From NCBI GenBank assembly GCA_003693705.1, contig RBZT01000729.1, forward strand, positions 1 through 64,000: 64,000 nucleotides of DNA. The letters run 5' to 3'. The notes below the pieces were generated by a model, which was given only the letters and a program-made list of their open reading frames with translations, was not told where the DNA came from and did not search any database. The translations under genes and the position numbers were made by a program. This document shows positions 37,440 through 50,703 of this stretch, one piece after another. Source of the DNA: Polymyxa betae A26-41. Its lineage: Eukaryota > Protista > Endomyxa: Phytomyxea. Position 1 is the first letter of the stretch. The number at the start of each line of letters is the position of its first letter.

Positions 37440-38550
37440 TTATAACTGGAATAAACCATCATGCTGTAGCTTGACCTGTTTGAAACATCTTTTGATCTGA
37501 GCTGTAACATTCTGGTAGTTCTCAGGATGATGTACGACCTGGTCTGCAATTGCATTGAACAATTTGGTATTACCAGGAGTGACTGCAGTAAATGCCGAAA
37601 CGACCATCTTGAGCTCGGTTTCTTTATACATCGGCAACTGCCTCAAAACCTATAAAATCCCGAAATCAGCACACATTATCTGTCCATGACGCTTACGAAC
37701 CTGCTCTGACATTTTATCGAACAAACTCGTCAGGTCTGAGGCACGAGATGCAACTTTTGATAGTGACAAAGCAATTCTTGAAAGAACGCTTGGATCCAAA
37801 CTCAGAGCGCGAGGCTCCAAATATTTGATGACTTGCTCATAGAATTTTTGGTCGCCCTGTTTCGCTCGACTAACACCGTAGAGACATTGTGCCACAGATA
37901 GCTGATCCAAATACGGAAGCTGCCTGAATAGACGTATTAATAGCGACTAACCAGTCGTGAATGATTCTTGCGAGTCGACCTTTCTATAAGTGTAGTGACA
38001 TTCTTCCATGTCGCGTCATTGTTGATACCAAGATCGGCAAGAACAGGAACTGCCCGGGAGAGGGTTTTGTACGCCAAACGAGGTTGATCAAACAGCCTCT
38101 TGGATAGTTTCTCAGGCCATTCCTTCGGGTAGGCCCATCGCCAGTTCTTCAGCGACATTAATAACGATGCAATCGAAGGAACCGAAAAAGTATACAAATT
38201 CCTGGCAGCAATATCAACGACCGTAATTGAGTTCAAGAAACTTCGAACTTATCAATGAGACTCAAGGCGATCGGCTTCAAAGCATCGTTTTCCACTTCGA
38301 AACGTTGCTGATGCAACTGGCCGATTTTATATGCAACCAATGAGACATGTTTAGGCTCTATTGCAGCCTGATCACAGCCAGCCAGAGCCGCTTGCAGCTG
38401 CCCAAGATCAGCCGCTTTCGCCAGCCCATCCACGAATCGTTTCGATCGCATGTATTCGACCGCCTGATGGTCCTGGTCGCGCAGCAGGGCACGATGGGCA
38501 GCAACGGACCGGGTCGACAACGACCTGAATACAGCCGGAACCCTCAACAT
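37440..38550 (-). CDS. Mitochondria-targeted helical-repeat protein (FASTK/OPR/HPR-like)
   Basis: Presequence MLRVPAVFRSLSTRS; repeated units such as FSVPSIASLLMSL, LDPSVLSRIALSLSK, YKETELKMVVSAF. Confidence 0.6.
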
Positions 38551-38749
38551 AACGATGAAGACAATGAGAGACTTCCACGGAGGCAAGTGAGCCCTTGCCC
38601 ATTACCCCATTTCCTATTCCGCCCCAACACACCTTTCTTAGTGCCATTCAAATCGAACCCATCATCCCAGCCGGCTCGACGTAGGTTACGTTACATCGTT
38701 CAATTGAGGTTCCCAGATCACCCCGCTGGCCTTCATTTGTCTCTATCGA

Positions 38750-39274
38750 ATGGCATCGACATGTCTGGCTGCGGCGCTGCTTTCGTCGTCAGGGTCAGTG
38801 ATTGCCAAGCTCGCTTTCAGTAGAATTGTCGTAGATCGGCACCTAGCCGGCGTTGTATGTGGTGCTGGCGATGGCATCTGTGTCGATGTTTGTGTAAATT
38901 CGGGACACATGATCTTGCTTTCTGAATGTTTAACAGATCTGTTTCAGAGTATATTTTGTGATCATGATCGTGATTATGATCATTTTAAATTCGCTTGGAA
39001 TCTCGTTCTTGGTTAAAAGCATGAATCGAATGTAATTGTGAAACCTAGCTTAAAAGCCTCGAAATTTACATTTCTGAACAGCGGGTCGACGGCGGCGACT
39101 ACTGTCATTTCATCGCTGCAGTTTGCCCTTTCTGGACTTTATGGACATTTTTTGTTCAATGAATATGTTAATTCGTTATGGATTGCAGGTATCAGCCTGA
39201 CAATGGTGGGTGTTGCTCTGATAACCCGATCCACTAAACCACCAGAAGCGCCAATAAAACTGCATTCTTCCTGA
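38750..39274 (+). CDS. TMEM42-like small DMT-superfamily membrane protein
   Basis: GSVIAKLAF; STAATTVISSLQFALSGLYGHFLFNE..SLWIAGISLTMVGVALI. Confidence 0.75.
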
Positions 39275-39309
39275 GTTTTTCTGTTCGTGTACACTTTATT
39301 GCTGTAGCT

Positions 39310-39692
39310 TTATTCAGATTCAGCGCCGCTCATTTTCTCTATAACTAGTTTAACCAATTTCGAAGACCGTAAGCTCTGCAATTTTGGTATGGCGTTCAGC
39401 ATTCTACAGGCTGCTCTAAACTAAATTGCAAGAAAAAAATACAATGTTGCTGTAAGCTGAACATGCTGACATTTCTGGAATCGAATTCGTCGCTCGGCGC
39501 TGTGGGTTTAACCCAGTGGACACTTTATGATCTGAAACCCACTTTACAGATCAAAAGCTGCTCGAGCTGTGGCCAGTGTTTGACAGCGGCAAATGTAGCA
39601 TCACCATTCGAAACTTCAGCAAGCTTCAAGGCGCGAGCAGACAAACTTGGGGGCGTCCGCTGTTTTATTTCTTTCAAAAACAACAGATGCCG
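39310..39692 (-). CDS. Candidate spliced ORF (3 exons, no start codon found)
   Basis: Two ~48-nt GT-AG introns keep an ~95-aa frame open to TAA, followed by AATAAA. Confidence 0.3.
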
Positions 39693-39767
39693 CTATCAGC
39701 AATCCCGGTGTTAATACGGCAAAATATTTTCTGAAAATTTTTCGCAAACTTTTTGCTGCAATTCTCA

Positions 39768-41926
39768 ATGGCGAGGGGCAAGCGACCTGACCGCAAGCCA
39801 GTCTCCGGCCATCAGAAGCGTCGCAGAACGCAAGACACTGAATGCGTTCTGCCTCAGGCCGCTTTGTCGGAATCGTTTCGTCAATTGCTGGATGAAACTT
39901 CAAATTTAAGCAGACAGGCGCGGGCATCCTGGGATGAAGTCGGTATTACCGAGTTCATCACAAGTGGTCAGCCGGTTGCTGCTTATATCAAGCAGCGATT
40001 CTCCGATTTTATTGTCAAGTAAGCGTCAGTTCGAGTCGGTGTCTTTTCTTTGATTTATCTCGTCATGTAGTGAAATCGATCAGAACGGCACCGTTGTTCG
40101 CCTGACATCGTGCTTGAACCCGAACCCTATCGAAGAAAAATCTCTCTGTGAAGATAGGCCCAGCGACGAAGAGATCCTCGATCAATTGAAATCTTTGATC
40201 GACGAACACGATGGGTTCGTTGAATTCGTGAAATCGGAGGATTCAAAGGAATTCACGCTGGGTGACGTCCCTGAGAAAGATAAACGCAGTCTGATCCATT
40301 CTCTTCTAAAGCAATACCAGGCCGTCAGTTTATTCAGCCAGACGTTTTGCAATGACGGACTGAAGACCGTTAAAATCTGCAAAGGCCGTCCGCCATCCGG
40401 CAACAAATTCCAGGGCCGGAAATTCTCAGGCGATCGCCCTTTTTTGCAGGTAAATAAGCAATTATTTCAATTGCAATTGTTTTAAAACGTTCGCCAGATG
40501 GCTCTTCATCAAGAGAACGTCGAGACAATGAAAGCGATCAACGCCGTATCGCAAATCGTTCGTCTTCCTGTCGGGCGATTCGCATACGCCGGCAATAAAG
40601 ACCGTCGTGGCATCACAACCCAGCTGGTGACCGCCTTCAAGTTGGACGCCGAACAACTGATCGAAGCTCTACCACGCCTTCGTCCCGATGTTCGTGTCGG
40701 CAATCTTCAATACGTCGATGACGCCCTGAAACTCGGCTCGCTGTCCGGTAATCGATTCGGCGTTGTGCTTCGCGATGTCCAATATCCCGAAGCTTTTTCC
40801 GATAACGACCTGGTGCCTTCACTGGAATCTGCCTCAGATCGAGGATTTGTCAATTATTTCGGTCTGCAAAGATTTGGAACCGGGGCCGTTTCGACGCATC
40901 GAATCGGCGAGGCGATTTTGCAAAATCGGTTCGACTTAGCGATCGCTTTGATTTTGACACCGCAGCCGACCCAATCCGAGGAGCTTCGTGTCGCCCTTCA
41001 ACATTTGGCCGAAACTGGCGATATCAACGGTATTGGAAGATAGCGTTAGATTGCAAACTTTCCTTTTGAATATTCGGAAGGAACGCTGGGGCTTCTCGGG
41101 AAACGTGATTTCATCGAGCGGACCGTGCTGCAATACTTGTGCCGATTTCCGACAAACTATTCGAACGCGCTGGACCGTCTTCCTCGCAATATGAAGACCC
41201 TATATGTCCATGCATACCAGAGCTGGATATGGAACCTAATGGCCTCGCATCGGCTCAAGGATTTCAATCGTGAACGTCCCATCATTGGCGATCTTGTAAT
41301 GGACCCATCCGATCCGTAAATATGGTCACGATTGTGGCTAGGCACCTTCGTCTAACCGGTGCTTTCAGGGATGGCAAACGCGTCATCATTCTCGGCGAAG
41401 AAAGCGTTTCAAAATACTCAATTTTCGACATCGTCTTGCCCTTACCGGGACACTCGATAATCCTGCCCGATCACAGTGTGGGCCAGTACTGTCGAGAGCT
41501 ATTGGCCTCGCATCAGCTTTCTCGTAAGCGACAGCAAACAGATCATATGTTCGAACAATTAATCGACCCGTGTTCATTGCAGTGGACAGTTTCGATCATC
41601 GCGTTCGCGATTACAAACTGGCCGGGGCATACCGACCGGTGTTCGTGAAACCGGACAAGATGCAGTGGCAGTTCTATCGCTACAATGATGCCACGATACC
41701 TCTGCTTCGATCCGATACTGATTTGATGAACGGCGTAGAAGAGCCCAGATCGGTTCCCGATGGCGAGAAGATCGCTTTGTGCCTGCAGTTCTCCTTGCCA
41801 CCTTCGGCGTACGCGACCATGCTGATTCGCGAGATTCTTAAACGCGAACCGTTGAATTGGTTCGCTAAAGACGAACATGCCCCCGAAGAAATCGACGAAG
41901 AAACCGCTGACAAGCTAACTGCCTGA
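39768..41926 (+). CDS. PUS7: Pseudouridine synthase 7 (TruD family)
   Basis: IKQRFSDFIV, YAGNKDRRGITTQ (catalytic Asp), LSGNRFGVVLR, GFVNYFGLQRFG, LYVHAYQSWIWN, FSLPPSAYATMLIRE. Confidence 0.93.
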
Positions 41927-41994
41927 TTGTTACAGTGATGCTGTTTAGATCAATATATTGTCCAGATCGGTTCAGTCATTCGGTATGCCGGCTA

Positions 41995-43632
41995 TTAATC
42001 ACGTTGCTGAGACTTCTCGTCTTCGCTAACTGGTAGATACCGGGAGGATCTATCTTCTCCTTCAACACTCGTGAGAATTACGCCTTGAGGTGGTCTACAG
42101 CAGCATGATCTCAGTTCCGAATATTTCTATAACGCATACTCACTTTTTAGGTAGTTGTGGCACCAATATGGCCCGCATCTTCAGTACAGACGTCAAGTTC
42201 TGTGTCCATCCAGCTATCGAAATTGACATCAATAGCAACCTATTTCAGCGCTAATGTGAGATGAGGCGTTATTTTGATCCAAAACGAAACCTTGGCGAAC
42301 TGTGATAGGTCCATATTGCTGTGACAGCAAGGACTATCAAATCCAGCGTCATTGCCATGGCACACTGTAGCAGCCGAATTGAGACCTTCTTTAATATCCA
42401 GTTATTATCTTCATCATGGCCTTGAATCCTTCGGAACGATATCGAAAGTTTAATAGCAGATATTAAAAACAAAGTCACCGTTCCTGAGAGCGGTTTCGTT
42501 TCATTCGAATTGCACAATACTTTGAAAACTGTGTTACCGATCACCATAACCATCCAGATTTGCCCTATTATTGGAAGACGCCATTGATCGTTTCCGGTTT
42601 TCCTTGGAATGATATTGTAGACGTAATGCAACACAAAAATGACAGCGCATCCAACAAATGTCAGAAGTTTAAGATAATTATTCAATGGCGGCTTCTGTTT
42701 CATCAATTTGCAGTACATATCACGTAATGCTAGACCTGTTTCTAACAATCAGGATTAAAAGCCAAACAGATAGATAGCACTGACCTAGAGTTAAGTTCGA
42801 CATTGTCCAAATCACGATAACTAGATTGATGAGCAAAATGAAATGCTCGAAGCTGAAACCCCGTCCTTCTGTCATTCCCAAACCGAAGCCAAGAGCACTA
42901 AGGCAATTTTCTGAAATTATTCAATTTGCGATTTGAACCATGTTTACCTTCGAAACCCAAGCTCGACGCTCTCTGCTGTAACCAGAGCGACATGCATAAT
43001 TGGAATCGATCGCCAGGTAAGCACACCGCCCATTTTTTCTTTGATTTTCAAGAAGTTCAAGACCCCAATACATGCGGCAGCAGACGCTGCAAAAGAGGAT
43101 TAGAGCAAACTTAAAACGTTGATTCAAAACATTATGTACATGGCATCGTCATAGCCCAGATGAATTCGCGACTCTCAAAGTACTCCACCCACTCGTTGAT
43201 TTGATAGGAGTCCATCGAGACCGAGAGTTGCTTGCCATTCAATAATAAGTCATTGATATAGACTCCATCGGAATTAGAGACTTCTGAAATGGGGGTTCGA
43301 TCATTTCGATGCGATAGCACCAAACCAGGCACACCATACAACGTGTGCAATATCAACCCAGCACAATGATTGCTCTCACACATATCTATCCAGTCACGAA
43401 TCGTGCAAGGTGAGTCCACCATCGTCACCAGGACCACCTTCATTTGGTTCTGGGAGTCCATACTACACGATTGCCACTGCCCCATCGGCAGCGACACCGA
43501 TACTCGGCTGATATTGAATGGCAATGACAGCGGGCTGGTCGCCGACCGCATCTCCATCACCGTATTCGCCTGCACGTCCAGCAATTGCAACCCATGGACA
43601 TGGCTGATAACCAGAAGCAGGATGACGAGCAT
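41995..43632 (-). CDS. Signal peptide + PA-domain-like ectodomain + multi-pass (about 7 TM) membrane protein
   Basis: MLVILLLVISHVHG signal; KVVLV...C..CAGLIL...TPISEVS PA-like pattern; several hydrophobic helices in downstream exons. Confidence 0.55.
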
Positions 43633-44224
43633 GGAGTCAGGTGGCAATGGATCTCAATAAGCACATGATAGGATGATAAACATTGAAAGAGTGAGGTGGA
43701 TGAGCTATGACGATGACTGTCTCCCTGTCTAATGACATGGTAGCTGGTCACTCATGTGTGGCGGAGGCCCCTAAACCCTGGTTGATACAATAACGTCTAT
43801 TGATCAGTATTGGAGTATGGACCCTAAGATCGGTCTTCGCCTGTCCTGGCTTCTATCGTCATCAACGATGGGCGACCCGAGTCGGTCTCTCGAGTTTGGT
43901 GTTTGGTTGAATATCACTACAACACTTGATTCTCGACGAATAGTTATTTTGCGAAACGCAGAACCTCGATCAATTTCTATTGCCAAATACAATTGCAGTG
44001 CTAATTTAATTATTCAGCAAACAATGAGTAAATCTCAAACATTTGATAACTTAATAAGTAGAAGACGGGAAGTGTTTTGGTGTGTCATGTGTGGGGTTGG
44101 CTTAGTGCGAATCTTCGGTCACTTCATCACTCCTAAACGGGTTCGTTTCATCTCTGTCATCATGTTGCCAGGCGTGTAGATTGGTCATACCATCAGGATC
44201 GTCACGACCAGCTCCCGATCGGGA

Positions 44225-45104
44225 ATGGTAGCCACACTGCAATGTCCAGCCACCTGTTTTGGTTCGTCTGCTGGTCATTCGGCTGAGCAGTCCAACATTA
44301 TGCTTGCTTGTAGATACGCTGATTAGTCATTTTAACGTTGATGGGCAAAATGATGCTAAGCGGCTCTTGCCTTCTGGGGAGTAGTATGATCAACCATTCT
44401 GAGCAAAAACAAGTTACTGACTGCATTTCTTCCAGCCCGTTATTCGTCACATGGAAAAAGAAATCTTTATTTGATGACTGCTATACATTGAGAGGTTGTA
44501 TAGGCACGTTCTCGCCTATTGATCTGGAGGTATGTCTATCATTATCGTACACAATAAGCCTAATGAAAGCTGTCTATAGAAAGGATTACAGGAATACTCA
44601 CTAACTAGCGCATTAAGCGATAAACGATTCAATCCAGTTCGCGCTGATGAGATATCTTCCCTTCAATGTGGTATATCTGTTCTGTCACATTTTGAAACTG
44701 CATCCCATGCTTATGATTGGCAGGTGAGACCTTGCTAGAACTCATTCTTTTTCATTTTGTTGAATTATCTCTGTTCTCCAGATTGGTACACATGGCATAA
44801 TGATTGAATTCACTGATCCGCTCAGTTATTGCTTCAGGAAAGCGACATACCTTCCTGAAATTTGCCTAGAGCAAAGTATGTTTGAAGAATCACGCAACAT
44901 TTTCTGATGACAATCTATGTTTGTATAGATTGGAATCATCAAGAATGCATCCAGTCGTTGGTTAGAAAGTCGGGTTTTAGTGGTTACGTTAACGAATCGT
45001 TGAGAAGCCGTTTAACGGTAACAAGATATCAATCATCAAAGGCTATTTTAACATACGACCAATATCAAGCTCTTAATGATCCTACCGATGCAGACGGGTT
45101 ATGA
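44225..45104 (+). CDS. AMMECR1 family protein
   Basis: PLFVTWKK, LRGCIGTFS, SALSDKRFNP, IGTHGIMIEF, ATYLPEI, DWNHQECIQSLVRKSG, VTRYQSSK. Confidence 0.92.
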
Positions 45105-45124
45105 CTATTATCTTTATTGTTCGA

Positions 45125-48100
45125 TTACGACTTGGATAGTGATTGCCTCAAAATAAAATACGATATTGTACGATCTATAAATACATCAGTAAAAGTTTTC
45201 GTACTTGAATAGCAATGTCACAGGTGACTTACACATAACCAGACATAGGACGATGCCAATCCAAGCTTCTTGCATTCCATCGCCAAGCTTGTTAAACCCT
45301 AACAGAGAGAGGACCTGCTCCCCAGTTCTGTATCCACATGATGAAGGATCAGGGCAATCAAATTGTAACCCGCGAAATTCTGCAATCCCTTGAAGTCTTG
45401 CAGAATAACGGTTTATTGAGGCATAGTTCAAGCTGTTCAAGACTTGGGGCATATCGAGACTAGACAAAACATGGTGAGCAACAGGATCATGACGTGGGAC
45501 AACATACCTCAAATAACCTGCCATAATTGACATGATGCTCAAGATGGCACTCATGATTTGTACCGAGAAACCAGGTTCCGCTAACTAAAAAATATTAATG
45601 ACAAACGACCCTAACTTGTAGGATAAGCTTACGAATGAACAGAACGCGATACCAATACTTTCACCAGCGTTGACTAAAGCAAATCCTGCAAACATACAAA
45701 CGAAGAAGTTTATCTTCAATCCAGCTGCATAGATTAAAATCACTGCCCATAAAACGCTGCCGATAATTTCTGTTGCGGCAGGAATTATCATCAAAATTGA
45801 ATAGGCACCGAAGAGATTACCGAATGGCAGTTCATTGGCAGTGTAGGTTAAAAAGAAGGTCAGAGCAGAGTAAGTTCGATCTTGGTGTTCGAACTTGAAG
45901 AGTTTTAGTTCCTGAGGGAAAACCGCAATACAATTCAGCATTCCTACGAATACCAATGATCCGGTTTGCTGCTAAAGGAAGATCAGCTAGAACCAGAGAA
46001 ATCATCTTAGTGAATAATACCAATATTCCAATGCGACTTGTTATCGATTCCTGGGATGTTGAGAGAGGAGCAAAGTACGCCGCCAAGATAAGACCCAATG
46101 TCAGCATCTGCATAATTCGAGAGAACAAAATTTCTATTTGCCTGCAAAGATTGCGGAACGAGCGAGCAATAAGCAAAGGCAACGCACGAAATGAAGAGAG
46201 AGAATGAAGGCTGTGAGAAGCTACAATTAGAATGGGGTCTTCCAGTTGTGAAATCTCGACATGGCCAATAGGATGCTCTTTCCATGCCTCGACTAGAAGT
46301 GCTACTCGATTTTTTGACGATGTTTCAGAAACCTGATTTCGCGAATCGACCGATGTAAGATCGATTGCAAAATCAGCTGGATTTGTAAACTTTGGGATCC
46401 GAAAGTTCAAGCTGGAGAAATGCAGAAGCATGTCCTGGACGGAACCTTGAAAAACAATATGCCCTCCTTTAGACATAAGTAGTAAATTATCGATTAGATG
46501 CATTATATCGGAACGAGGCTGATGGATTGTACAGATCACTGTTCTGCCAGAAGATGCCACTCCTCTCAACGTCAATATGACATTTTTAGCTGTTGCGGCG
46601 TCAAGCCCCTGCAGATGATTAGCCAATGTTAATCACGAATCGATCAAAATACCGAAGTTGGTTCATCAAGAAGCAATACAGCAGGATCTGTGAGCATTGC
46701 CATGCCGATTGAAACTCGTCTTTTTTCTCCACCTGAAAGACCCTGTTTTGATATAAGCAAAACGTCATACCATGCTTTGCGACATTGCCGACTTTGACTT
46801 TAGGCCCGCCGATCGCGATATTAGCACAGTCGGTCAAACGAAGCTCTGAGATGATTTCCTCGACCCTTGCCGAGCACGCCGCTTTTGACAAATGCGGTAG
46901 CTTTAGCTGGGCAGCATATTGCAAAGTTTCTCTAGCAGTTAAGGCAGGCAATAAATGTGAGTCTTCTTGACGAACAGACGCCGTTATAAAGGCAACATCA
47001 TTCCGAGTTAGACTTTTGCCGTTATGGAGAATTTGTCCAGTTTGGTTTAACTCCAGACGTGATCCATAATTAGGATAGCGAGCATGCAGAACATGAAGTA
47101 GCGTCGTCTTTCCGGAACCTGAAGTCCCCATGACTGCAGTTAGTTGCCCAGGCAAAAAATTTGCATTAACTGAGTCCAAGATCACACTCTTTGACTCATT
47201 CTTGGAGCGCCTTTTAGAAGATAAAGAGAGCGAATAATTCTGGACTGTAACCAGAACATGGTGAACTTTCATTGGAGGGATATCAACACTCAAGGGAGCT
47301 TTCAAATTAGTCAAAGCTGACGATGAGTAGGAATTAGCTTGCTTTATCCCAGTTTTGGGGAAAAGTTGAAGAACAATGAACGTCAATAGCATAAATACAG
47401 AGAAGATACAGAACAATCCTATTAATGGGATCGTGATTCCCGGTGTAAACCCTAGCTGTTTGATAACATTGTTCCCAACACATATTTGTGCCCCTTGCAG
47501 TGATTGCACACACGAAAACGTTCGGTCTTCAAATTCGTTCGTAGACAGGATCCTTAATCCATATGTGACGTAACCAACATATTGAAACCATCTCAGGTAA
47601 ACTGGAATAATATCGACGGCGATGAAGAAACCTGAGGACATAGAAATGAAGGTGAAAATCGCATCTAAAGATGAAATTCAGAGATCCGTTAGGCTCAATT
47701 GGGCCCATTTACTTCCGACTAAGGAGGCCAGAGCAAAGTCGCGACTGATAGAAACACAGAAATAAGCAAAAGAGATCCTGAATATCAGTTTAGACGTATA
47801 GACAAGAATATTTAGAGTCTTATGTAGTCTTACGTTACAAATTGCAATGCAACAACACAAAGGCAAAATATCAGAAAATGCCAGGCCATATGATCGGATC
47901 TTAAACCAATCATGGAATAAACTATGATTGAAAAGAGGATACAAAGCGCCGCGTACAAGGCAGTATTGACAGCAAACCACGACAGCAAATAAGAAGGAAT
48001 TGAATACATCCGGTCGGCTCTTTCACGATCGAAAACAAGCATTCTGATCAAGTCTGTCACCAAAACGCACTCGAATACATTTAAATTACCACATTACTCG

Positions 48101-49556
48101 CTTGATAATTTAAAGATCATAAACATCAATGATAAATAATTATGGAGCGCGCATATAGAGTATAGCGACGATTTACGACTCATTATCCCTGCCTAGTATG
48201 AGAATTCAGATATCAAGCCAGCTGTAACCAATAGAATCACATTACCGGAGTATCTGCTAACTGAAAGTACATCCAACCTAAAGCAAGGCTTAGGCAAAGG
48301 ACTTCACCAATAGATCCATAGAGTGTTAGACGATCTTCTTTCATATTGGTTAGAAACCTCAAAGCCAGAACTCGGGTTAGCTCTAAGAATGAAGGGCCCT
48401 TGTCGACAAAGAATTCTTCACCCTTCGGTTGATTTACATTTTTTTCTACAGATAAGGTAGGCACATTTCGTGATTTCGCTGCATCAATGATGTGATCAAC
48501 TCTGGGTCTAGATGCAGCCTCGGTTTCTTCATTCCGGTTGTCCACAGTTGTAATGTCGATTAGGAAATCGGCACCGTTGATGTTTTCACCTATAGGATAC
48601 CCCAAACGAGAAAAATATTCCAGAACTGAACTCTGGTCACCAGAATAAGCCAATCGTCCCTTACTCAACAGGGTTATCGAAGCGAAAATATTGAAGATAT
48701 CAGATCGAGGTTGATGAATAGACAAGATGACTGTGCGCCCTCGTTTGCTTAGAGAATCTAAAGTTTCTACTAAAGAGAAAGCCGAGAATGCATCCAACCC
48801 TGTTGTAGGTTCATCCAGGACAATTACGGAAGGGTTCGTTAATAACTGCACCCCAACGCTAAATTAAGCCAATAAATGAATTTGAATACTTCCTACTGCA
48901 GAGCCACAATACCTGACTCTACGCTTTTCCCCTCCAGAAACCCCTTTCCGCCATTCATCTCCAATTAAGGTATCCGCTTGGTCTTTCAGGCCAAGTTCCT
49001 GTATCACTTCTTCGACTAAAGCAAATTTCTCTTTCTTAGAAAGAGATCTTGGGAGGCGAAGCTGTGCAGCATATCGTAAAGTATCTCGAACAGTAAGATA
49101 TGGCAACAATCTTTGATACGGAAAATTCAACGGAAATGTAAAGAATGACTCTTATTTTACCTATCATGCTGCTCAACATAAGCGAGAGCCTTCTTGTTAA
49201 TGAACTCCTTCGCTGGACCATTATTGAATGTTATCTGTCCAGAAACTGAAAAACCATCTGTTCTGCCTGCGATCGCATTTAAAAGAGTGGTTTTCCCACT
49301 CCCAGATCCGCCCTGAAAATAGTAGGTTCACCAACTATTGTCGACGACGTAAAATACTAAAAACTACCATAATTGCCATTAGGGTTCCAGCAGAAATATG
49401 CCTATTGATTTTATCCAAAAGCACAGTGGAGTCTTTAGTCTGAATAGTTAAATCTCGTACTGAGATATGTACAGGAGAAACTTGGCCAAATGCCATAGGC
49501 GGCGAAACCGCCACCAGGTCTTGCAGCTCGACCAGGACGGCATCGGCAGAAGTCAT
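45125..49556 (-). CDS. Full-size ABCG transporter (NBD-TMD-NBD-TMD, YOL075c-like)
   Basis: Two canonical NBDs ([35 protein letters not shown] and [26 protein letters not shown]), each followed by a TM domain. Confidence 0.92.
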
Positions 49557-49804
49557 CACGAGACTCCTGACAATGTGATATTGCGTCAATTGCGATGGAG
49601 GGTCCCTTAACTGCAGGCTGTTACAGTTAGGGGCTCATCGTATGGGGCTTATGAGCATTGATACCGGTAACTGGAGCTTTAGCTACCCGTTGGTAATCAA
49701 AGCCCGGCTTGCCGGAAACAGGGCAAAGCGATAGAAATAGGCAGAAACGTTTGCTATAATATGAAAGGTTTACTGTGGGTTTATGACTTTGATGGCATAA
49801 ACAG

Positions 49805-50703
49805 TTAGGCTTTCTCGTCATCAGATTCGTCCATCTCTTCTCGAGCCTTTTCCGTTTTAGCCTGTTGAATGGCCTCCTGGCGCACGTCATCAGGGACACG
49901 AACGTGCTTGCGATTGGAGGCGTCGCAAACCCAGCTCATGTCGAGCTCGAACTCTTTGTCCTTCACGTCATCGTGCAGTTTGTAGATGATTTTAGCAATG
50001 AGTTTAACTGCCTCTTTAACAGTGATTGAATCGAACTTAATTTTTTCGAGTTCGCTGCAGGCACCGTTTTTAGCCTTTCCAATTGCAGTAGCGAAATACC
50101 GGTGTCCGACACCAGATGGATCGATCTGATAAAGCTGTGGACCGTCCCGATCGTAGACTGCGATCAAGACCGATGTTCCGAATGGTCTGTAATAAGCGAA
50201 TTGGGTGTAATTGTGGAATTCGGCACTAAGAACTAAGAGTTAAAACGTTTTCGTCAAATTAAACGAATGGCATACGCGAGGTTCTTGTTTAAGACGTGAC
50301 CGGGGATGGGACTACCGAACTGGTCGCGATATTTGCTAGACTGGGAGCGAGAAATCTCTACCACTTTACGGGCATCGGCAGCAAATCCAGCCATTGCAAC
50401 ACCGACGTGTTCATCTACAGTGAAGACCCTTCGATTTCCACCAGGCAATAGCATTTTGCTCTGGATAGGATTTTCAACTCCAAGAACAACTCCATCAACG
50501 CATCTAATGCCAATTGCAGTCCTGCAAACCGTTTAAGTTTTGCATGCAGCAGCTCATTATTTCGTAATTCCAAAACAATTCCGGATTAATTCCCAATGAA
50601 ACTCATACCCGCTTTTTTCAACCGCTTTGGCAGCATATTCTACTTGGAAAATTCGACCATCGGGACTGTACGTCGAGGCACTGAGATCGTATCCACTGGA
50701 CAT
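49805..50703 (-). CDS. PSMA3: 20S proteasome subunit alpha type-3 (alpha-7)
   Basis: [53 protein letters not shown], acidic tail. Confidence 0.93.
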
